A DNA stretch of 64,000 nt from Podarcis filfolensis (Eukaryota), in NCBI GenBank assembly GCA_964270895.1, contig OZ185437.1; one strand, given 5' to 3'. Within the stretch, counting starts at the first letter, position 1. Every line of letters begins with the position of its first letter. The translations under genes and the position numbers were made by a program. Positions 1 to 20,404 of the stretch are shown here, piece by piece. The notes beneath the pieces are model-generated. The model did no database searches. It was not told where the DNA came from and saw only the letters and a program-made list of their open reading frames with translations.

Positions 1-148
1 CGTCTTTTCAGGTTGTGTCCCGCAGCGACCCAGAAGTACCGGAAAGGGTTACTTCCAGGTTTTGCCGCTCGTGCATGCGCAGATACAGCACTTCAGGTTG
101 TGAACAGGCCTTCGGAACAGATCCCGTTTGCAACCAGAGGTACCACTG
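1..148. mobile_element. Terminal part of a TcMar/Tigger-like MITE (runs off the window start)
   Basis: Ends ...CAACCAGAGGTACCACTG followed by TA; same TIR type (CAGTGGTACC) as the copies at 27240, 52483 and 63131. Confidence 0.75.
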
Positions 149-190
149 TACTACTACTACTACTATTACTACTACTACTACTACTACTAA
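149..190 (+). repeat. (CTA)n microsatellite with TTA interruptions
   Basis: TACTACTACTACTACTACTATTACTACTACTACTACTACTA seen directly. Confidence 0.95.
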
Positions 191-2116
191 ACAACCCCTG
201 AGCACATTTTAACCACTCTTTTGGGCAAACTATCAGAATGGTTAAAAGGACAGATTTCTTAAGAACAAACTGTGGGACAGTTGTATGTTAACACAAGTTG
301 TATTCAGAGACATTAAACGTGTAGTTAAATTGTTGTCCTCCACCTTTTTAAAGGCTTCTTGGAGCAGATGTGGCTCAAGTCATTTTGGTGGCTGGCAAAG
401 GAAACTCCAGCAGCACGCACACCCCCAAGGTTGATAAGAATAAAATAAGGGAAAGGAAAACTAATCTGTACCAAGTCATCTTGTGAATGCTTGATTAGAA
501 TTTGACATTTTGATGTTTGCCACTCTCAGCTCCTTTGGGAGAAAGGGTGGGACACAAATATAATAAATAACAATTAAATGTTCCTGAATGCCCTGCAGCT
601 TTGGCAGCATTTGATGACATGCTACATTTGCCCATGTGAACACACACTTCAGCTGAGTCTGGTAACTGTAGACATAAATGTTGTGGAAACTGTTCCCAAG
701 ATAAGCATTGGGAGAACATGTTGTGCTAATTTTCACATGCTGACAGGATACAAGCAGAATAATTTGCATCATACTTACAGAGTTAATTTTCTGGTATGAT
801 ACAGTCTGAACGATGCCCTCATTTGTCTACACTAGAGATGGGAAACCTTATTATTTTTATTATAAAATATATTACCCGCCCTTCACCAGCAGAATCCAGG
901 GCAGGTTAAAAAAAATAAATCCCTCGAGATGTTGTGGACTTTTTCAACCCCCATCAATCCTAGCCAGCATGGCCAATGGTCACAGATGAGGGGAACTTTA
1001 ATCCAAGAACGTATGGAGGACAACAAGTTCTTGATCCCTGGCCTACAGTATCTGATCCCTTTCCCTTTCACCCCAACCACAGAAACAGCAGGCCCCAAAC
1101 GAGGACAAAGTGCTATCACAAGAAGGACAAGAAGCAAGAAAGAAGAGCTCTTTAAGGTGAAAGGATGATCTCATGCAAAAAGGCAGAGGGGCAATGTTTC
1201 TTTCTAATGGATCATGTTAAACACTGAGGTTCCAAATTTACCAGAATACACACAACAGATCTGCAGTGCCCTTATTTTTTCCCCTCCAGATTTTGCTCTT
1301 GTAAGCCTAGTGGCATGCTTAATGCAGTAGAGTGGAAGAGGATGGCTGAAAACTCGGTCAAAGTATTATTTTCCAGTCCGCCAGTCTCCAATACTCTTTT
1401 CTCAAAAGACTTTTGATTTAGCTCAAGATAATTCCTTGAGCAAAAAATAACCTTTGGTGATATTTCTGAGTAGCACCAACAGATAAAATTCACAGCAACA
1501 GGGCATTTAAGAATAAGGAAAGCGGCTTCTAATGTGACAGCATCAAGTTTTGGTTGCAAAAATAAAATGCAAAACAACTGCAAAGCCTACAGATCCTCAC
1601 ACTGACTTAGTGGGAAATGACACTGTTTAGTTCTAAAGCAGGGCAAAGTATAATTACTTCTATTCTGAATACCTTCTCTCCCAGAATGAGAATCCACTTA
1701 TTTCACTTTGCTGAAAACTCAGTGCTACAATTTGTCAGGGGGTCTCTTCACTCTCCGAAGAAGAAAAACAATAGTTTAAAGGGATGGCATGAAGGCAGAG
1801 CAGACTTGTTCTCTCTTGTTCCGGAACCAGCATGTGGAAATTGCAGGAGAGCAAATTTTGGCTAGAAGTTAGGAACAGAAACTTCCCCAATGGTTAGAGC
1901 TGTTAAACAAAGAACAGGCTGCCATGGGAAGTACGTAAGCGGAGGCTGGACAGCCATCTGTCAGGCATGCTGTGGTTGCATCCTGTATTGCAGATCCTGT
2001 ACTGAACAGGGAGTGGACATTACCTCCACAACCGTTCCAACTGTATGAACCAAGATCTGAAGTCCATTATGAGCTCCAGAGATATACAAGAACTCCACAC
2101 TTCCAGTTTTGCTTAC

Positions 2117-2277
2117 CTGACTTGGCCCCATCAGGAGGGAGCAGTCCACAGATCAAGTTAATACCTTCATCACCCAGCATGCAATCCCCTAAGTCCAAGG
2201 CCACTAGTGAGGGATGGATGGAGAGTGCTGGGTTCAGAAGAGCCAGACCAGCGTCTGTCAGGGGACTTCCGTGGAGG
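2117..2277 (-). CDS. LRRC73: LRRC73 coding exon 2 (161 nt)
   Basis: TTGCACAG|CCTCCAC...AAGTCAG|GTAAGC; LHGSPLTDAG...PDGAKS. Confidence 0.93.
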
Positions 2278-3331
2278 CTGTGCAAGAATAAATGGTTAGG
2301 AATTAAACTATCGTTCCTCAAGAGTTGCAGTTGACTTCACCCAGCTCAAACTATGACAAAGAAATGCAGTAAATAAGTTAACAGGGACGATTTATATCAA
2401 CAACTCTAAAAGAGTCATTAACGGAGTCTTTGAATCTGCTTCCTTACTCCCTGCTCCCTTTTCTGTCATGGTAGCAGATTCCTTTATCACTATGGTTTCC
2501 TCCCCCCCACCCTGCGTTTCAGTGTCCTACTCTGCCTTCTGACACAACATACATAGCTTTGTCCTGGGTTTGCTGCCCTGAGATATACTGGAATTTGGCT
2601 TAGGGTAATAAAATGTTGCCCAAATCCAAGTTTCACTGTTTGTGTTTAAGAAGATTAATCTGTATTGGGTTTTAAATAATCTAGAATGCTATCACCGTTT
2701 TGGATTAGAATCACAACCTTGCCCTCAAAGCCCTTTTGGTGTGGGTAACTTTGCACCTAGAGCAAAAGGTTAGTTAAAAGGTGTTAAGGACTAACAGCTC
2801 AATTATATATCCATGTCTACTCAGAAGTCAATGGGATTTGCTCCCAGTAAGTGGGGTTTGGACTACACAGATACACTAAACAATTTTGGAAGCCCACCAG
2901 CAACAGCTGCAATCCTATGCACACTTACCTGTGAGTAAGATCTATTTAACATAATGGGGCTTACTTTTGAGTAAACATGCATATGAATCGGACTGCAAGA
3001 CTTCTGCCAGCAGAACTGGGCACCTTTCCTCAAGTCCTACTACGTAGAGGGCTACTCACAACAAAGACTGGACAGAGCGGTTGGTCTTCAGGGCTTCAGC
3101 CAGTTGCTTGACCCGATTGATATTGGAGACAATCCCCAAGTTAAGATTAAGTTGAGCTAAGGAGTGAGATTCTGCGACCCCCCTGCAGATGCGGCCAAAA
3201 TCTCTGTCGGAAAGCTGACAGCCCCGGAGCGAAAGCAGTTTGATGGAGTTCTCTCTCAGGCTCTCACAGATATCCCGAATCTCGGCACTTGATAAAGTCT
3301 CCCCAGAGATCTGGATAGATCCCGGCAACAT
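2117..3331 (-). CDS. LRRC73: LRRC73 (leucine-rich repeat containing 73), first two coding exons; gene continues left of the window
   Basis: Joined exons read MLPGSIQISGETLSSAEIRDICESL...QSLF/LHGSPLTDAGLALLNPALSIHPSLVALDLGDCMLGDEGINLICGLLPPDGAKSG, matching human LRRC73 as recalled; GT-AG intron in consistent phase; synteny with YIPF3/POLR1C/XPO5. Confidence 0.93.
2905..3000. repeat. ~90-bp palindromic interspersed repeat (MITE-like)
   Basis: GCTGCAATCCTATGCACACTTACCTG...GGGGCTTACTTTTGAGTAAACATGCAT; related copies near 2800-2870, 19755-19850, 29210-29285 and 60045-60140. Confidence 0.6.
3060..3331 (-). CDS. LRRC73: LRRC73 coding exon 1 (272 nt)
   Basis: ATG at 3331; ends ...TTGTT|GTGAGT. Confidence 0.93.
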
Positions 3332-3899
3332 ATTTATATCTTTGTGAATAAAACACTCTCAGCAGCAAGATAATCCGGATTTGTGCAAGCAACGTGCAAT
3401 CCAGAGCAGTGCAGGGATTGCTTTGCAATCCGGATCAGAAGAGGTAAGGAGCGCGTTAAGGAAATCAGTGGACCGACGGTTGTGCAATCCTGTGCAAACG
3501 AAGCTGGAGGCCACGGTGCAATGTTACAATACCCGAATTCAATGTGCTATTCGGCTCAGGCCAGAATACAGTACTTCTTGTACGCAGTTCAAATAGGTGC
3601 TCCTTAAAGCAGCTTTAAGCGTTGCGCAAGCCGGATCCGCGTAGAAACTTCTGTGCGACCCGGATGCATCAAGGTAAATTCTGTGCAACTCCAAATTAAA
3701 GCATGTGGAGAACAATAACGGGTACTCTCTAAGATATGTCAAAAGCAGAGCGCTTTCCAGTCCCGAGCAGGGTTGTGAAGAGGGCAAGGTGAGCAGACCG
3801 GGATAAGGTGGTGCAGGCAGATGCCTGGCAATGTGAAATAACAGGAGCAAGAAATGCAAATCCAAATCGGTGCCAGATCCTTTCTGGAATTTCACACGA

Positions 3900-4830
3900 A
3901 TAGAAAAAACCGAGCGTGTGCGTGTGTGTGTATTCAGGCTTCTGCGCAATCGGAGAACAAGCCGCCGTGTCCGCCGGGGAAGGGGTGGGGGCGGGCTCCC
4001 GTGCCCTCCAGCTTCAGTCGTCTATGAACGATCTTCCCCCTTCCCCGGCGCCCTCCTTGCCATCCACAGCAATGCAGCCTCGGTCGCTGAGGCTTGTACT
4101 GCCGCTCCTGCCGCCGCACCTGCTCCGCCTTCACTCCCGGGCCCGGGGCAGATCCGACGACTCCCGGGCGCGAGTCCCTCCTCCGGCCGCCGCGCCTGCT
4201 GCTGCTCCTCCTCCTCCTCTTAGCGCACCGGCGGCTCCCGCGGCAGCGCCCAGCGCATAGTGCCGGCGGCGGGACGGAGTCGCCAGCGCCGCTGCAGAGA
4301 CCGGAGCTGCGCTGTCTCCTCCCTCCTTATGCCCCCAGGGTGCGCGTGTGGCGGGGCGGGAGGAGGGAGCGAGGGAGGAGGACCCAGCTTTGTTTGGCGC
4401 TGCGCCGGTTCCTATGGCCACAGCCAGGCACCGCAGCCTGCGCTCTTGCCAAGCCGGGCCACGCGGCTGCTGCTGCCGCCCCGCCGCCTCCCCAGGCGCG
4501 CCGTCCTGCCCCGGGCTCCACCTCCAGGCCCTCCCTGCCGACAGGGGCTGTGCGTGAGGCCGGGGCTGACGGGATTTAATCTAGATCCAGGCGCTCGGTT
4601 GGTGGAGGACGCCGGGGCCGGGCGGGGTCCTGGAGACCTCCGTCTTCCCTCTCGGCGAGATGCTTTGCGCCATCTCTTGGATGCGACTGTGCGGCGGATC
4701 GTGGGCCGAGCCGCACCCTGTGACCCGGAGCCCCAGACTGACCTTCAAGGGAGTGGGGTAGTGGGGGGTGGGATTGGGACCAGCTTTTTCCCGCTTCCTC
4801 GGCAGCGATGAGAGAAATGAACTCTGCAGT
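3900..4830 (-). promoter_or_regulatory. CpG island: LRRC73 promoter and 5' leader
   Basis: Very GC/CpG-rich stretch with GGGGCGGG boxes upstream of the LRRC73 ATG; exact TSS cannot be determined. Confidence 0.8.
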
Positions 4831-5794
4831 TGCTCAGAGGCGCCCTGCTTTGACGGCGCAAGTTCCAGAGCAGGGAATCTGCCGCTTAGAATAGTTTCGG
4901 ATGGGGGCCTCTCCAAGAGTAAAAGGAGACATGATATACAGTATGTCTGTTTTATCTGTCTAGTAGTTTAAACAGCAGCGGCAGCGGTGGCTGGTAGATG
5001 CTTCCCTGTTTCCAGTACCACGTTTCCAAAATGGCTGAGAAGTCAGGCTTGGACATCCCCCGCACCCCTCACGTCCAGGTTCTTATTCCCAGCAAGACAA
5101 TTCCCACCACATCTTCTTTTTTTTAATGGAAGCACTCATGGGAATGTTTTTTTCATCTGTAAGTTTTTAATAGATCTGCTCTGTTTATATATAGTTTTAA
5201 TTATATAAATGTTTAATTGTTTTTAATTATTGTTCTTTAAAAAAGTTTTTAGCTGTCCCTATTTTATCTGTAAAACGCTTTGAGTCACCGACAGGGAAGA
5301 AAGCGGGAAATACATACATACATACATACATTCAACTTTAAGAATGTCATCCACATAAGTTTATTGTAGGATTCATGCGAATGGGTGAGTAGAACACCCA
5401 AAATGATAGTAAAAATAGCCTTTGGTTCTCTGAGTAGCTCTGCTGTATTCATGAACTCTACAGGAGCAGCAGGAGCAGCCAAAGGGCAGTACAGTAGAGG
5501 TTTGTACTGTATTAAAGGATTACACATCTCTTAATCTGTGTTTCATTTTACCTCAGCTTTAGGTGTAAGCAGAAATGGAAATGCAAGATAAAGCAAGGTC
5601 TGCAACTGAAGGAGCAGGAGTGTTAACCTTTTGTATATGAGTATATCCACCCAGAGCAGGCCAGAAGGACTTCTTACTGCCATTATGGAATGAGGGAATT
5701 GGGGAGGAACCACTTTGCCTTTCCTCCATTGCTGCTTAGAATGGTCTCCCAGAACACCTGTGTGATCCCAGCTCACTTCGCTTACTTCAGCAGC

Positions 5795-5885
5795 AGCCTC
5801 CCCCAACCGGGTGCTGGTCAGTCCCAGTCAGCTCCAGCCAGCATTCCCAAAATATTTGGAGGGCACCAAGTTGGGGAAGGTGGAC
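5795..5885. mobile_element. Short palindromic hAT-like MITE (degenerate)
   Basis: CAGCCTCCCCCAACC...CCAAGTTGGGGAAGG inverted ends; related copies near 925-1000, 21930-22085, 22685-22790 and 28195-28295. Confidence 0.55.
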
Positions 5886-8345
5886 CTACAGGTAACTAGG
5901 CCCATAATAAAGCCTAAATGTATGTTGCACATTCTCTGCCTGTTTACTCCTACCTCTACTTCCTTTTCCTGCCTTGTGTCAGATTTTTAACAGCCAGTGC
6001 CTCAGGGCAGCGACCTGAGCCTTTTCTGTAACATTCCTTATGCACACACAGTGCTAACTAATTAGCAAAAAATTTATACTTCACTTACTAAGTGCCGCTT
6101 GCCATGTAGACTGAAGGAAAGTGAACAGAAGCAGCTTTTTACAGGAACACAGATATGAACATATCTGATTCAGTTCAGGGTCCGTTTACAGCTGAATTAG
6201 ATATTCCTGAAGGGGTTATTAGGGCAATGAGTACATTCTACTCAGCCACCTTCTGAATAGCTCTATCTGATTAAACCTGGGATGGTTGCATGAAAATCAC
6301 GTGCTCTTCCAGTGTGCTAAACTGACAGTGGATCAGCTGGAGAGGGGCGGGGAAGGAATTTCCTTTAGTGGAATTAATAGTATGGGCCTCGGCTAAATGG
6401 ATGGGTGCATGAAGGCTCTGTGAGCAATAGATCTCATCAGCCATGCCAAGTCTTGTTGAGTAGCCCATTCTTACTGTTATAATCCTGTTTCCTTTCTGTG
6501 CTACTACTGCTTGCTCCCAGTGATGACTGCTCTTTGTGTTCTTATGGCATTGTGGATGTACATTCATGGTACCATATGAAGACATGGTGACCAGAAGCGT
6601 TGAAGTGCCCACAATCAAGAGGAGCTGCAAGTGTGGAGGAAAGCAGTAGGTGTGAATAACTCTGATGACAAGTTCTTTTTTTAGCAATAGTGGTGTTAAG
6701 GGATAGGCTGGAAAAAAGAGCCAGGAAGCTGAAGTTCTTCTGCTCTGGCAGAAAGTTCAAAGGACAGCAAAGGGTAGGAGGCATTCATCCGCAGTATGCT
6801 CAGTGATGCAATTCTCTGCCCTGAGGAGTTTGTGGTCTAAACTAATCTAGCCATGATTTTGCTTTTCCTCAGCTGGAGGGTGGCAGCTGGTATTAAAAAA
6901 TAGCCTGGCAGGCACAATTTTTACAAAGAAGCTTTGCTTACTTCAGCAAGCATACTGCGCAGGGCTTTTTTGGCTGCAGCTCTCTGCAATTAATTAAATG
7001 CTAGGAACACAGAAGAAAGGAGCATAAACTCCTGCTACTCTCCCCTTCTTCTTGGGCAATGGGTTGTAACATCAAGGGCCCTAGGAGCTTTGTACCAGGG
7101 GAGTGGCGGGGGGGGGGGGGAGCAAAGCCCAGAGATAATGGCTAGAACAATAAATGATGAAAATGTTAGTGGGACTGAATGGGGTTGGGACTATTAGGAT
7201 CATAAGCCATGTAAGTAGAGAGCTTTCTACATATAACTAATCTGCTAATGCTGAGTCCAAACTTCAAGCAAAATCCATTTTGTCTTGTAATTAAGAGGTA
7301 GAATAAAATAAGGACTTGAGCATTGGTTGCAGGATAAATGAGAAGAATTAGAAGACGCAGAAGTAAGAAACACAATATTGGGGAATATAATAGCCGCTTT
7401 GCAGTTTGCAATAGATGACCTGGCTTAGCACTTGCATTTCATTTGATTCTCCAAAGGCTGCACACAGTAACCAAAATAAATAGTAGGACAAGCCAGAGAA
7501 GACTCAGATGACAACCCCGAAGCTTTGACAATATGGTCTGCATAATTGATGTAATAACATCCTATGGCATGAAAGGTAAAGAATATCAGGTGCCTGCCAT
7601 TTATCTGGTGATTGAGCACACTCCAAATTATCCGAAGTGCTTCTGCCAGGAAGCTGGTCTGGTTATATACAGTTTTAAAGATCCAGGGATAAAGGCATGC
7701 AAAGAGTTCCAGTCTAGAAATAAAGCAGCTTCATGAGATTTATGGTTCCTCACTAATATATTAATTAGGCCAAGCTGTTCATGATAGGCTTGCATTTCAA
7801 ACCTTTCCTTCTTTTTTGTAGCTCTTCAGTTGCTGTTGGAACACTTGCCTAGCCTAAAATATTTGAAGCCAACATAATAAAATTAGGAAAAGGTAGCATA
7901 GAGATTTCAGCTTTGGGGAAAAAAAACCTTGATTAATCTTAAGCAATTAAATCCCCACTTCAGATTTTTTTAATGATAACTAATCAGCCTCCATCTGAAA
8001 ACAGATTGCAGGATGGTTACCAGGGTAAAGCAGTGAGAATGAAGCATCATTTCAGCCCTTTGGACCAGCACAGTATTTGAAACATGGATGTTACAACTCT
8101 GCAGCAAAATCAGTTGCAATTTTCAATTAAATTATGTCTCATTAGAAAGACTGTTATTAGACATAATAGTGTAGGAAAGAGGACTCCAGGGATGTATCCA
8201 ACTTCTGTTAAGAGGTCATCATTATTGCTTTCTAACTAACTGCTGACATCTTACCCTTCATTCCCCACCCTTGCTTTGAAGGTGACCGTTCGTGATATCT
8301 TCATTACCAGGCCCATTTCTTGTCTGTTGGGATCTATGGGAGGGC

Positions 8346-8420
8346 TCATAGAATCATACAATTGAAGAGTTGGAAGGGGCCATGAGGATCATCTCATCCA
8401 ACCCCCTGCAATACAGTAAT
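8346..8420 (-). mobile_element. CR1 3'-end fragment
   Basis: Reverse complement of the CR1 terminus (...CCTTCCAACTC...ATTCTATGA). Confidence 0.7.
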
Positions 8421-8595
8421 ATTTCACCCAACGTGGAGCTCTGATTGGGTGGAAGCTTCCATCCTATCCATGGAGAGATTCTTGCTGCTGATGGGAGATA
8501 AAACAGCTTGGATCTGAACCTTTTGGGATTTTCCTGCTGGTTTTTCCCTCCCCCTCCCCCCTCCTTTGTAGTACAGTCCAACATGCTATATCTAC

Positions 8596-9522
8596 CTCCA
8601 TGAAGCTCAGCACTGGAACCCCATAGGGACATGTACTGAGTCCCTACCTGTACTCATTGTATACATGACTGTATTTCATCTGATCCATCCACTGTAATTA
8701 ATAAGTTTGCAGATATAATGGGTCTAATTACAGGTGGAGATGAATCAGCGTACGGGGGGGAGGTTCAAAAAGTATCTACATGGTGCTTAGAGAATAACTT
8801 GTACCTAATATTAGCAAGACAAAGGAGATGGTGTTGGACTTTTGGAGGAAGAAAGGGGAACTAGCCCCATTATATATCAGGGGGTTTCTGCGGAGAGAGT
8901 CTCTTCCTTTAAATTCCTGGGAGTTTACCTTAGTGAAGACCTCACTTGGAAAAACAGTATAACTGAGGTGGTTAGGAAGGCCCAACAGAGACTCCATTTT
9001 CTCAGGGTCTTGCGAAAGAACAATGTTAAACAACAATTGATGACCTCCTTCTACCGGTCCACAATAGAAATTGTCCTTATATTGTATCAGAGTGTGGTAC
9101 GTTGGCTTGACAGTCACGGACAGAAAGTCTTTACGGAGGGTGGTGAACACAGCACATGATATCATGGGCTGTCCTCTGAGCCCGCTAGATGACATGGCAA
9201 GGGATCATTGCCTTAGGAGAGCGAGAAAAATTTTCAGGGACGATTCACACCCCGGCCAGCACCTCTTTAATCTTCTGCCCTCGGGCAGCAGATATAGAAG
9301 TCTAATCAGTCGTACCAACAGGCTAACAAACAGTTTCTATCCGTGGGCTGTTAGGCTGTTGAACGGAAAATAATATAGTGCAACTGACTTTCGGGGTTGG
9401 TGTGTTGTGCGACAAGCACACAGAGTGCAATGAGATTTGAGTGTTTGGGGGGGGGAGGGAGGCTCGGATAATTTCATTGTACACAGGTTGTACATTGACA
9501 ATAAAGGTATTATTATTATTAT
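8596..9522 (+). mobile_element. 5'-truncated Rex1/Babar-type LINE (RT C-terminal half, frameshifted)
   Basis: Degenerate LSTGTP*GHVLSPYLYSLYT..DC...KFAD; SFKFLGVYLSEDLTW; KAQQRLHFLRVLRK; HPGQHLFNLLPSGSRYRS...TNRLTNSFYPWAVRLLN; AATAAA at 9500 and (TAT)n tail. Confidence 0.85.
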
Positions 9523-11652
9523 GTTGCATACCACCTGGGAGGGCCCCTGCACCCCCAGGAATGGCTTGGGGAATAAGAGATGTATTGGGACGTTGAGCAG
9601 GAAGGTTCTACTAGGCAATCAGGACTCAAGCCGTGATTCTTCAGATCCAAGCCTGTGCACAGATGAGAATGCAGGGCTATGAACTGTCAGTGTATGTATG
9701 TGAGCGAGAGAATTAAATTAAATATTTTGAGTATATACACTCATTTGGATACTTGAGCCCAACCTGCATAGCTGTCCACCTGTCCAATGTGTCAGCCGCT
9801 GGGCTTTTGGTGTGCAGTATAGGCCATGTGGAAGATACAGCAGCATTTTCCACCCCCCTCCCCATACCGTTTCCCACATGGCTGGGTTATTTAAAATAAA
9901 GAATGTGGTAACCCTCCCATGCAGACATAGTTTCAAATATATGGGGGCAAATCTGGTAAAATTGTTCCAGTTGTTCTGACAGTACCAACTATTATGTTAC
10001 CGTTTTCACCAATTTTCACAAGTGAGAATGGTTTACCACTATTACAAGTTTTATTCCCTTATTGGCTAAGGTACTTTGTAGGAAACATTGGCCTTATCAC
10101 ATTGAAACCCAGTAATCTGAAAAGGCACTGGAAATTTAGAAGGATTTGTAAGGTTCAATATTCATGATACATCCATTAGTGTTAAGAGTTGCATTTTATT
10201 TATACCATTTTTTCAAAAAACAGAAACCTTTAATCTTTTTCTTGTTAAAAGAATCTCAATCCCTCTTTTCTATATCCCTGATTACGTACTGGCTCCTTAA
10301 AAAAAAGAGAGAATTAGACCAGGGCAGAAAAATAAATGAAAGTGCTTTGTGTTCTAATGGAAATTGTGAATAGAATGTACCATGCCACATGTATCAGCAA
10401 ATGTAACCTAACTAGTTATGGTAATTATGGTCTAAAAAAGGCTCAGCTTTCTGTTATCCAGAGATTAATAGATCTGGATTTTTATCTGAGAATTTCAGCT
10501 GTTAAGTCTTGCTCTTCACTATTCCAAAGCAATATTCCTAATTATGTAACTGTGAAGGCTTCACACTTGTCAACATTAACTAATTACAAAGATAGGACAG
10601 CATTTAAGTTGACTTGTTTTAATGATCTGCTCTCTGCTTCACTAACTGGCCAATTTAATAAGATTCTGCTTAATGAACATCTTTGTTCCAGTGCAATCAG
10701 AGGCTTGTGTCTAAACATGTTATATTCAGAGACCTATTGAAATTAATGGGCCTAAATTAGTCATGTCCATTATTTACAATAATACAATTCAGTAAATGGA
10801 ATATGTGGGTTATGTCCTTTTGTTCTGCAATTTCTGTAAGGAACCCAGAGAGATTTATTCTGTATTAATAACTCAGAAAAGCCAGTGCCACTGGTATTTC
10901 TTTTTAAATGATGACTTTTTCCTTATTATTGAAAAGTAGCTAAATTCTGCCCTTAATTCCTTTCAGGCTCTTATGCAAATTTATCTGTATTCTTAGACTA
11001 AATCTCCAGATTTAGGAAGGAGAAAGTGTGGAGGACAGCAGCAGTTGGGAGAGAACACCACATGGATGAGGGGGAATTAAAAGAGGCACAAAGGGTTGAC
11101 CACTCATATTAATCTGAGATCTATACAGGCTCATAGCCTGCCATTGTTTGCATCAACCAAAATCAAATGCTGCTCACTTGAGGGAAGCAACTTGGGCAAA
11201 TGAAATTATAACCCCAGTTTTGGTTGGATTTTAGAACATAGCAGGAGAACAAACAGGACAGAACTATCTGCTCTGCTCTTCTTCATTTATGACGAGGGTC
11301 CAATGGAAGAGATTGCTCAGAACAGACATCCATTAAATTTAATTCTTCCCTCAGCAAAGAAGAGGATTACAAGTACACAGGCTAAAGAGACAAGAGCAAG
11401 AACAAAGGGTGTATGGAGGAAAGTGAATGAGCTATGCAATCCAAGCTAAGTGGGCCAGAAAAAGAGCTTTGCCCAGTACAATCTGGCCAAAACCGGACAA
11501 ATACATCTTCTCTCTCTTCTGCTGCTCTCCGTTTCCAAGGGGAGATCTGCAGATAAAGCCAGTTCCTGCTCCCATTACTTTGTCCCTTTTCCCAGGTAAC
11601 AGCAACAGAGTACATGACCTATGTAGAGGCAGGGGGCGCACAGTCTGTAAGG

Positions 11653-20404
<8,752 letters not shown>

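Noticed and set aside
8-212. 65-aa ORFs with poly-V, poly-L or poly-T runs
   Set aside because: Artefacts of the (CTA)n microsatellite and the MITE end
495-545. Peptide KELRVAN resembling LRRC73 exon 3 (KELTLSAN)
   Set aside because: Similarity does not extend and there are no fitting splice sites; the remaining LRRC73 exons must lie left of the window
3870-4916. Many overlapping 60-183 aa Pro/Ala/Arg-rich ORFs
   Set aside because: Expected from stop-codon depletion in a CpG island; no recognisable domain
5000-8590. Hidden gene between LRRC73 and YIPF3
   Set aside because: Only short unrelated ORFs and no chain of phase-compatible exons; E-box and homeobox-like motifs near 6000-7060 could be enhancers but cannot be supported without alignments
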